Source: an uncultured Oligoflexus sp.
GTDB taxonomy: Bacteria; Bdellovibrionota_B; Oligoflexia; Oligoflexales; Oligoflexaceae
Direction of reading: 5' to 3'
Length of the DNA: 42,294 bases
Assembly: GCA_964236955.1 (NCBI GenBank)
Contig: CAXSGP010000037.1
Location: 1 to 42,294 of the forward strand
The position numbers and the translations under genes were made by a program. Positions 1-7,955 of the stretch are shown in pieces. A model generated the notes under the pieces. It was not told the origin of the DNA. It did no database searches and saw nothing but the letters and a program-made list of their open reading frames with translations. Position 1 is the stretch's first letter. Each line of letters starts with the position of its first letter.

Positions 1-221
1 CCTCTTTTCCAGTGGCTGCAATCTGATGGATTGAAATTCAGGATCGAACCAACTTCCTGGTCCCGAACCTTAACCCCTTTCTGATGCATCATCACTTTTT
101 GGCAAAACTTAAAAAGTTGCACAGAATGGGGGAATTTCACAGCTCCCGAGCGCTTCATGGGTACCCTCCGACGTCACGTGACGCTGGCATAAGACAGATT
201 TTTTTGAAAAGGCTTAACAAA

Positions 222-251
222 ACTATACATACCGCATCTTGAGACTGTCAA
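222..251 (-). promoter_or_regulatory. sigma70-type promoter for a gene running off the left edge
   Basis: Minus strand reads TTGACA (251-246), an 18-nt spacer, then TATAGT (227-222). Confidence 0.6.
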
Positions 252-261
252 GGATACCTAC

Positions 262-927
262 TTAGGAATCTCCAGAATCCTTGACGGAAGGCGCCTTGCG
301 GGGATTTTGCAAAGACCAAAAATTATCCAAAAAGCTTTCGGCAAGAGTTGAGCCCGAGACCAACTTGAAAAATAGCCAATAAAAGCTAAAGAATCCGTAA
401 ACCCCAAGAACTAGCGCGAGTGTATTACTTCCCAGCAGAAAACGAAGTGGTGCTGCGTGTTTCAGGAGATTTGGATTCTCTGACACATTGCCCGGATCGA
501 TTAGCCAGGTCGCTAACAGAAGACCAAGGCCCAGCGTCACGACCACAAAACCCAAATCAAGGGAATGTACGATCAGGATCTTGACCAGTCTTTGCGCGAG
601 CGACGTCGGCAATGGCAAGGGTTCTGATAATACGGGCAGAGAGAGTGCTGGCGCCTGAACTTGAGCCTGAGCGGCGGCAAGTGCCGCCTCCCTTGCCGCC
701 TCAAGCTCCTGATGCACTGTATGTTCCGAAGGCGGCGTGAAGAGCACCTGAGACAGGGGCAGGGCATAGAGTTCGCTGCCTGTGCTGAGAGCTGCCTTTT
801 GCTCACTGCCCACCACGCGGCCGAGTCCCAGAGGGGTATGGAGGACACGGAAGCTATCCGACCTCAATTCGCTCTTCAGACGGAGGAGCTCGTACTTCAT
901 GTCTTCGTCCCATCGGGGTAATGTCAT
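262..927 (-). CDS. Membrane protein with an RDD-like C-terminal domain
   Basis: 221-aa ORF with an upstream RBS (AGGAG). The C-terminal RLVKILIVHSLDLGFVV...YWLFFKLVSGSTLAE resembles the RDD pattern, with two hydrophobic segments. Confidence 0.55.
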   Translation of the reverse strand: MTLPRWDEDMKYELLRLKSELRSDSFRVLHTPLGLGRVVGSEQKAALSTGSELYALPLSQVLFTPPSEHTVHQELEAAREAALAAAQAQVQAPALSLPVLSEPLPLPTSLAQRLVKILIVHSLDLGFVVVTLGLGLLLATWLIDPGNVSENPNLLKHAAPLRFLLGSNTLALVLGVYGFFSFYWLFFKLVSGSTLAESFLDNFWSLQNPRKAPSVKDSGDS

Positions 928-1061
928 CGCGCTTCTCCTTTCTCAATGAATAAGATCATTATAGCCCATAGTTCCGATCAGGTGAGATCAGAAAGGCCGG
1001 GTTCCGGTGAATTCGTCGATGGAAGAACGAGGCGGACGAGGAGAAATCCGAGGCTCGGAGG

Positions 1062-1364
1062 CTACAGTGAGCCCATCTTGATGGGAGTTGGGTGATCATT
1101 GCGGGCCAGGTCGTAGAGTTCGCTGGCATCTTTCTTCTTGGTTTTTTGATCCTTCGCATCGCCATGGGGCTGTGGTGAGAGAAGGGAGCGTATCGCGAGG
1201 ACGGCGGTATCGAATTCTTTTTCCGGAAGGGAGAGAAGGCGATCACGAATCTTAAGCAGTTCGGAGGCGCGACGACTTCGTCCCTGGAGGTCGAGCGTAT
1301 CCTGCTCCTGAGCCTCGAAGTAGTACTGCAGATCTTTTGCATCGAACTTGCTGTTAGCGTTCAC
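1062..1364 (-). CDS. Hypothetical protein (100 aa)
   Basis: GTG start, charged helical composition, preceded by a sigma28-like promoter. Confidence 0.6.
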   Translation of the reverse strand: MNANSKFDAKDLQYYFEAQEQDTLDLQGRSRRASELLKIRDRLLSLPEKEFDTAVLAIRSLLSPQPHGDAKDQKTKKKDASELYDLARNDHPTPIKMGSL

Positions 1365-1396
1365 CCTTGACCCGCCCGATTACTTATTCAAAGTTC

Positions 1397-1423
1397 TTAT
1401 CGAACAAAATTAAGTAATCTTGA
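1397..1423 (-). promoter_or_regulatory. sigma28 (FliA)-like promoter
   Basis: TCAAG-N14-TTCGATAA on the minus strand, about 30 nt upstream of the ORF start at 1364. Confidence 0.45.
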
Positions 1424-1536
1424 GAGTCAAAAGATTGACACTCCTCTGGACGGGCTATCGCCCTTGGGGTATAACCTCAAGGATGGCGGTTTAAAGATAT
1501 TTAACGCAATAATTTCAGTTAGATACGGAGACTCTC

Positions 1537-3000
1537 GTGCGTGATTTACAGGTTTACAATACCCTGAGTGGCAAAAAGGAAAAGTTCGAAACCCTCGAGC
1601 CCTCGCACGTCAAGATCTATGCCTGCGGCGTTACAGTCTATGACAATTGTCATATTGGCCACGCAATGCAGGTCATCTACTTCGACGTCATCAGGACTTA
1701 CCTCGAGTATGTGGGTTATAAGGTCACCTATGTACGCAACTACACCGACGTTGATGATAAGATCATCAAGCGTTCTCAGGAACGTGGGATCACGCCTAAG
1801 GCCCTGGTGGATGAAATTATTGCCTCCTCAGAAAAGGATATGGAAGGGCTCGGCATAAGGCCTGCGACCCATGAACCGCGGGTTTCCGAATCGATCCCGC
1901 AGATCATCGCTATGATTCAAGAGCTTGAAAAGAACGGTTATGCCTATTCGACTCCTGAGGGTGATGTCTATTATCGTGTCCTCAAGAAAGCAGACTACGG
2001 CAAACTTTCCAATAGAAAGACCGAAGATCTCAAATCCGGGACCCGTGATGTGGTCAAAGGCGATAAAGAGGATGAACTCGATTTTGCTCTTTGGAAGAAC
2101 GACGATGTCGAGGGAGCTTCTTGGAATAGCCCCTGGGGTCGCGGTCGCCCGGGCTGGCACATTGAATGTTCGGCCATGGCCAAAAAGTTTTTGGGCGAAA
2201 GCATCGACATCCATGGTGGTGGACGCGACCTCGTGTTCCCTCACCACGAGAACGAAATCGCCCAATCGGAAGCGGCCAACAAAAAGCCCTACTCGACCTT
2301 TTGGGTGCACTCGGGCCTCTTGACGATCAACAAAACGAAAATGTCGAAGAGTCTCGGCAATCAAATCCTCACCGCCAAGTTTCTGCAGCGTTTTCCGGGC
2401 GAAGTTTTACGTTTGGCCTATCTGCAAAACCATTACACCTCCAACGTCGATTTCAGCGAGCAGGTCTTCCGTTCGTCGGCCCAGCGGCTGCTTTATTTCT
2501 ATGAGACCATCCGTGAACTCGATGCCATTGCCGGTACGGCTACGGGGGCGGTCACGCTGCTTCCCGAGCATAAGCCGAGGGATCTGATCGAAAGTTTCCA
2601 TCGAGAGATGACGAACGATTTTGGAACGGTCGGCGCATTGCGCGATCTATCGATCGCCTTTAGAAAAGCCAATGAACTGCGTCAGGGTAAACCGTCCCCC
2701 GCCAAGGCTCATACCGCTCAGGCCTACGCCGAAGTCTTTCGTGAACTCTTTGCTGTCTTCGGTCTGCTGCAGGCCGCTCCCGAAAGTTTTATCAGCTCTC
2801 TTAAATCTAAAATCGTGGCTGAGCTCGGTATCGACGAAGCTCTGATCCATGGCAAAATCCTTGAAAGAAAAGCCGCCCGCGATTCCAAAGACTTTGCCCG
2901 CGGCGACGAGATCCGTAAGGAACTCTTTGGAATGGGAATCGAACTTATGGACGGGGCTTCCGGCACACGTTGGACTATACTTTGGAAAGACGAGGCTTAA
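1537..3000 (+). CDS. cysS: Cysteine--tRNA ligase
   Basis: YACGVTVYD, HIGH, GRPGWHIECSAM, DIHGGGRDLVFPHHENE and KMSKS motifs. Confidence 0.98.
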   Translation: MRDLQVYNTLSGKKEKFETLEPSHVKIYACGVTVYDNCHIGHAMQVIYFDVIRTYLEYVGYKVTYVRNYTDVDDKIIKRSQERGITPKALVDEIIASSEKDMEGLGIRPATHEPRVSESIPQIIAMIQELEKNGYAYSTPEGDVYYRVLKKADYGKLSNRKTEDLKSGTRDVVKGDKEDELDFALWKNDDVEGASWNSPWGRGRPGWHIECSAMAKKFLGESIDIHGGGRDLVFPHHENEIAQSEAANKKPYSTFWVHSGLLTINKTKMSKSLGNQILTAKFLQRFPGEVLRLAYLQNHYTSNVDFSEQVFRSSAQRLLYFYETIRELDAIAGTATGAVTLLPEHKPRDLIESFHREMTNDFGTVGALRDLSIAFRKANELRQGKPSPAKAHTAQAYAEVFRELFAVFGLLQAAPESFISSLKSKIVAELGIDEALIHGKILERKAARDSKDFARGDEIRKELFGMGIELMDGASGTRWTILWKDEA

Positions 3001-3001
3001 G

Positions 3002-4237
3002 ATGACAAAGCTTTTGGTGCACAACATCGGCAGTCTCCTTACGCTTGAGACTCTCGTGACCGAGCAGCGGCATACGGTTCTGACGCCTTCCGATCTCAGT
3101 ATCAAAAAAAATGCCTGGTTGGCGATCGACGGCGGTAAAGTTTTGGCCAGCGGTGAAGGTGCGATTCCAACCCTTTATCTCGCGTATCCGAAGCTCGATG
3201 CCGGGCAGCGCCTGGTCACCCCAGGGCTGGTTGATTGTCACACGCATCCCGTGTTTGGGGGGGATAGAACCCATGAATTTGCGGCCCGCCTCGAAGGCAA
3301 AAGCTATCAGGACATCGCCAAGAGCGGTGGTGGCATCAAATATTCAATACAAGCGACGCGTGCGGCAAGCTCAGCCGAACTCCTGGAACGCTGCCTCGGC
3401 TCGCTCAAGACTTTTCTCCGGCACGGGGTGACGACGGTCGAAGCCAAAACAGGTTATGGCCAGAATGCGAAAGAGGAGATTCGTTGTCTGGAAGTCCTCG
3501 CGGCGGCAGCGAAGGTCGTGCCTCAGACTTTGAGCATCACTTGTCTGGGCCTTCATGATAGGCCTGATGATTTTCCCGACAAGGCGACTTTTATTCGCCA
3601 TATGACCGAAGAATTGCTGCCGGAAGTGAAGAGGCGAAACCTGGCTCAATGGGTCGATGCTTTTGTTGAAGCCGATTACTTCTCGGTGGAGGACGTTGCG
3701 CCCTATTTTGAAAAAGCCAAAGGCCTTGGTCTGGATATCCGAATTCATGCCGACGAGTTCGCGCCAAGCGGAGCGGCTGAAGCCGCCGCCGCCTGGGGAG
3801 CGGCAAGTGCCGATCATATGCAAAAAGCCAGCGATCGGGGCATCGAAGCTCTGGCAAGGGCTGGCGGGGTCGCTGTCATGCTGCCGGCCACTTCCTTTTA
3901 CTCTAAGATTGCTTACGCGGATGCATCGCGTTTTCGGGACAAGGGTTGTGCGGTTGCCGTGGCGAGCGATTTTAATCCTGGCTCCTGCTATCTTTCAAAC
4001 CTGCCTTTGGTAGCCAGTCTCTCGGCTCTCTACTGTGGTCTAAGTCCTTCCGAAGCCCTTGCTGCGGTGACCTGGAATGCCGCCAAGGCTTTGCGTCTTG
4101 AGTATGCGAAGGGCGCCTTAAGCAAAGGATTTGATGCTGATTTTGTCGTGCATGGTTTAAACAGCCTGGAGCAATGGATTGCTGATTTTGGTCAGACGGC
4201 ACCCCTCCATGTTTACTGCAAGGGTACCGCTTTTTGA
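3002..4237 (+). CDS. hutI: Imidazolonepropionase
   Basis: PGLVDCHTHPVFGG-R-EF, GVTTVEAKTGYG, IHADE, SADH and ASDFNPGS motifs. The ATG at 3002 lies 1 nt after the cysS stop. Confidence 0.93.
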   Translation: MTKLLVHNIGSLLTLETLVTEQRHTVLTPSDLSIKKNAWLAIDGGKVLASGEGAIPTLYLAYPKLDAGQRLVTPGLVDCHTHPVFGGDRTHEFAARLEGKSYQDIAKSGGGIKYSIQATRAASSAELLERCLGSLKTFLRHGVTTVEAKTGYGQNAKEEIRCLEVLAAAAKVVPQTLSITCLGLHDRPDDFPDKATFIRHMTEELLPEVKRRNLAQWVDAFVEADYFSVEDVAPYFEKAKGLGLDIRIHADEFAPSGAAEAAAAWGAASADHMQKASDRGIEALARAGGVAVMLPATSFYSKIAYADASRFRDKGCAVAVASDFNPGSCYLSNLPLVASLSALYCGLSPSEALAAVTWNAAKALRLEYAKGALSKGFDADFVVHGLNSLEQWIADFGQTAPLHVYCKGTAF

Positions 4238-4512
4238 AGGCCGGAGGGAGGCCCGGAATTGGCATGGAAAATTCCCCTCCCACGGCCCTTTCATCACCCT
4301 GCCTCGTCTGATTCAAAAGTAGCAAGCATCCTGCCCGAGTGCCCTTTGAAAAAAGATAAGGTAACATTCCTCTAACGAAGCGAATTCATTACAAATAAAT
4401 TGCCTGATTCAAGAAAATCGACGGCTGCTCCGATCGATCCCATGCGAAGGGCTTCCCCGGAGACCCATTGTAAAATATTTCGCTCCCTGCGCTATTTTTC
4501 GAAGGAAAAGCT

Positions 4513-6216
4513 ATGGGCGTAAGCCGTATTCTCATTTCATTGGCACTCACCCATGGCCTGATCATGGCCTGCCGCTCTCATGCTGATCGCTCCCATAAAA
4601 AGGCACCAGGCGATGATGTGGCTGCAGCTGCGAGGGATGATACCGATGGAGTGATCGACCTTGCGCTCACTCAAGACACGCTTGCCAGAATTCTTCAGGA
4701 AGCCGGTGGCCCGCAGGATATCGATTGCCAAAATAAACGCCTGGCGAGCAAAGCCCATCTAAGGTTGTTGACCAGCGATGAGTATCAAAACTCCATCGCT
4801 GATATTTTACAGGTGGACATCGACTATAGAAACTCCCTGCCTAGCGAAAAACCAATATTCGGCTTTAGAAATAATGCTGATATCTCGAAGGTCAGCGATG
4901 CCCATGCCGCTGCTTATCTTGATACAGCCATCGCCATAGCGGATGAGATTAAACCGAAGCTGCCGGCCTTGGTCCAATGCCGTGAAGCAGACGGTGAATC
5001 CTGCGCGCAAAAGCTTATCGATAGCTTAGCGCCCAAACTTTGGCGCCGACCCCTCGAAGACAGGGAAAAAACCGCTTTGCTCACTCTCTATAGCGTTGGC
5101 TTCGCTTCGACTCCTCGGGAGGGGATGTCTCTCGTCATCACGAGTCTTCTCAATTCCCCTAACTTTCTCTATCGCAGCGAAATCGGCAAAGATGGAGGCC
5201 TGGGTCCTTTCGAATTAGCGAGCGCCCTGTCCTATTTCTTTTGGGGCAGTCCCCCCGACGGCGAATTGCGGGGCCTGGCCGCCAGTGGCACGCTTGGCGA
5301 CAGCGCAACTCTCCTGGCTCAAGCCGAACGCCTTTTAAAAAGTCCAAAATCCAGGTTTGCTTCCGTGGAATTTGCCAACGCTTGGCTGGGCAGCAAAAGT
5401 GTGCGAGGTGTTACGAAAGACGCGACTTTATATCCCGACTTTAGCCAGGGCATAGCCAATGCGATGGCGGTCGAGGCCGAGGACACCTTCGACTACCTTA
5501 TGAAACAGCCAGGTGCTGGCTTTGACAGCCTGTTTACTGCCGACTTTAGTCTCGGCGACGAAAAGTTGGCTCAATATTACAAAGGTCAGGCTGTAACCGA
5601 AAACGGGGTTTCTAAAATTAAGTTTCTCAATACCCCACGAAAGGGAGTTTTAGGATTAGGTGCGGTCCTGGCTCACTTGGCAACGGCTACCGAAACCCAT
5701 CCCGTCAAGCGAGGTGATTTTGTTTTAACGAACATGTTCTGCCATATTCCCGATCCTGTCCCAGCGGGCCTGAACGTGCAGATTCCGGCAGCGACTACCG
5801 GACTTACAACGCGCGAGCGTTTCGCCCAGCATAGCACAAGCCCCGTCTGCTCGGGCTGTCATGCCGCTATCGATGGCATTGGCTTTGGAATGGAGGATTT
5901 TGATGGGGTCGGCCTTTATCGCGATACCGACAGTGGCAAGAAAGTTGACAGCACAGGGGAGCTGGTAGGCATTGATTCAACCCGAACCCCATTTAGCGGT
6001 ATTGGCGAACTCAGTGACTATCTAGCGACCTCAAAACAGGCCAAACGCTGCTTTGTGGTGGAATGGTATCGAATGGCCCATGGCTATGCCGAACGGCCCG
6101 CTGACATCTGTGCGATCCGCGATATTGCCAATTCCTTTGAGAAAGCCAGCACGACTCTCAGTCAGCTCCTTATCCAAATCGTCACTCATGCCTCTTATAC
6201 GCAAAAGGAGCTTTGA
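4513..6216 (+). CDS. DUF1592-family (DUF1587/1595/1592/1588/1585) exported protein with one c-type heme motif
   Basis: LRLLT-EYQNSI-D, SPNFLYRSE, ELASALSYFFWGSPPD, HPVKRG, T-RERF-H and CSGCH-IDGIGF motifs; lipoprotein-like signal (IMAC). Confidence 0.88.
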   Translation: MGVSRILISLALTHGLIMACRSHADRSHKKAPGDDVAAAARDDTDGVIDLALTQDTLARILQEAGGPQDIDCQNKRLASKAHLRLLTSDEYQNSIADILQVDIDYRNSLPSEKPIFGFRNNADISKVSDAHAAAYLDTAIAIADEIKPKLPALVQCREADGESCAQKLIDSLAPKLWRRPLEDREKTALLTLYSVGFASTPREGMSLVITSLLNSPNFLYRSEIGKDGGLGPFELASALSYFFWGSPPDGELRGLAASGTLGDSATLLAQAERLLKSPKSRFASVEFANAWLGSKSVRGVTKDATLYPDFSQGIANAMAVEAEDTFDYLMKQPGAGFDSLFTADFSLGDEKLAQYYKGQAVTENGVSKIKFLNTPRKGVLGLGAVLAHLATATETHPVKRGDFVLTNMFCHIPDPVPAGLNVQIPAATTGLTTRERFAQHSTSPVCSGCHAAIDGIGFGMEDFDGVGLYRDTDSGKKVDSTGELVGIDSTRTPFSGIGELSDYLATSKQAKRCFVVEWYRMAHGYAERPADICAIRDIANSFEKASTTLSQLLIQIVTHASYTQKEL

Positions 6217-6217
6217 A

Positions 6218-7573
6218 ATGGATGCCATCAGAAAGGAAATTTCCCGCCGGAATCTTTTTCGCTATCTGGGAAACGCCGCGGTTTATTTGCCCTTTATGCG
6301 CACATTGATGGAAACCCAGGCCTTCGGCGAGCAAGGGTCAAAAAGAGCGGTTTTCTTCTATTACCCGGATGGGATGATTGAGGAAAATTTTCACCCGGCG
6401 GCGGAGGCTAGCAGTTTTACCCTGCCGGCGATGACAGCGCCTCTGTCGGAGGTCCAGAGCGATATCATCATGCTAAAAGGCATCGAGTATAAAACCAGCA
6501 ACAGTCATGAAGGTGGGGCAAATTATAGTCTTACCGGCAATGAGTCTGGCCTTGGCAGTGTGTCGGTGGATACCTATTTGGGTGAAAAATTCACAGCCAG
6601 GGTTCCCGTTGTGCGCTTGGGAGTTGGGACCCAGTATGAAGGGGGAGGGGCAAACAAGGCCATCTCCTTTTCTTCGCCCGGCATTCCTTCCCAAATGGAA
6701 GATAACCCGACCAGGGCCTTCCTCACCTTATTTGGGGGAGGCGTCCTGCCTGACCCGGGCTCAGGCGCCCCGGTGCCCGCAGCCACCTCTGGCTTGAGCG
6801 ATAAATTCAAGAAAAGCCTGCTCGATGACAGTCTGGAACAGATAAAAGGTCTCCAGTCGAAACTCGGGACACTTGAAAAACAGAAACTCGATCTCCATAT
6901 CGCATCCATCCGTGAGCTGGAGCGCCGTCTGCAGGTTGGAGCGGGAGGCACCGGTCCCGTCAGTGCGCAGTGTACGAGTACGATCAACCAGAAAAAGATC
7001 TTCGATATAAACGATTCGGGCTATCCCAAGCAATATTGGATTCCAGATAATTTTGATTCCGTGGCCGACATGCAAATTGAAATCGCGATACAGGCCCTGG
7101 CTTGCGGTGTGACCCAAGTCGCTTTCCTTCAGATGTCGCATTGCGTTTCAAACGAACGCTTTGCCGCCGGACGTCCGAACTCTACAGGAGCAGAGCATCA
7201 TCAGAGCTCTCACTATGGGAGCAAAGGCCCTGCGAATCACATTGCCAATCAAGCCTATATGATGGGTAAGTTGGCCAAGCTCATCAAGGGTATGGCCCAG
7301 ATCAAGGAGGGCGACAAATCGTTACTTTACAATAGTTCAGTCGTCGCCTTTTCCGAGATTGCCAACAGTGAACGCCATGACTTTAAGAATATGGGGCTGG
7401 TCGTCGCGGGTCAGGCTGGTGGCTCCTTTAAAACAGGGCGTTGCGTGGACGCCACAGGTTTTTACCAGAATCATTTGCTAGTATCGGTACTGCAGGCGAT
7501 GGGCCTTCCCGACCAGAGTTTTGGAACGACCTCAATAAAAATGGAAGGGACGATTCCCGGCCTCAGAGGATGA
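6218..7573 (+). CDS. DUF1552-family protein, probable Tat substrate
   Basis: ISRRNLF twin-arginine motif; LPFMRTL, KRAVFFYYPDG, SIRELERRL, ALACGVTQV, HHQSSH and VAGQAGG motifs; directly follows the DUF1592 gene. Confidence 0.88.
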   Translation: MDAIRKEISRRNLFRYLGNAAVYLPFMRTLMETQAFGEQGSKRAVFFYYPDGMIEENFHPAAEASSFTLPAMTAPLSEVQSDIIMLKGIEYKTSNSHEGGANYSLTGNESGLGSVSVDTYLGEKFTARVPVVRLGVGTQYEGGGANKAISFSSPGIPSQMEDNPTRAFLTLFGGGVLPDPGSGAPVPAATSGLSDKFKKSLLDDSLEQIKGLQSKLGTLEKQKLDLHIASIRELERRLQVGAGGTGPVSAQCTSTINQKKIFDINDSGYPKQYWIPDNFDSVADMQIEIAIQALACGVTQVAFLQMSHCVSNERFAAGRPNSTGAEHHQSSHYGSKGPANHIANQAYMMGKLAKLIKGMAQIKEGDKSLLYNSSVVAFSEIANSERHDFKNMGLVVAGQAGGSFKTGRCVDATGFYQNHLLVSVLQAMGLPDQSFGTTSIKMEGTIPGLRG

Positions 7574-7955
7574 GTGCCAATATCTCGGGGAACAATTACC
7601 CTAAGCCAGGGTGTCGGACTTAGAGTAGAAGTACTGAAATCAAGGCTCCATTTCGCCAAAAATAGTTATTTTCCAAAAATTCATCCGTGTTCCTTCTCCA
7701 CGTTCATGGTTAGGGGCCATCTTTAATAAAAAAATATTTACTTAAAAAGCCAGCCCGATATTCCGAATTCATAAGCAGTGTTCTTCAGAATTATCAAGTG
7801 TTTATGCGCTTTAATGAAGTGGCAATGACGGGCTCACCATGGATTGTTCGTGACGGCCGAAGCTTGAGCTGCAGGATCGATAGTGAAGAGTCGTTTTCCT
7901 TACTGAGCTGGGAGTCGCTCTTTAGCATACATTTGTAATAAAGGTTTTCGCTCCA

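Noticed and set aside
1..95. Partial minus-strand CDS at the left edge
   Set aside because: An open frame exists (GTG ATG ATG CAT...), but about 31 codons give no recognisable family.
2849..3001. N-terminal extensions in the ORF track (hutI 2849, DUF1552 6053, argR 14000, barrel 19681, MFS 21691, PA14 39459)
   Set aside because: They overlap upstream genes or operators, or precede a better RBS/ATG and signal peptide.
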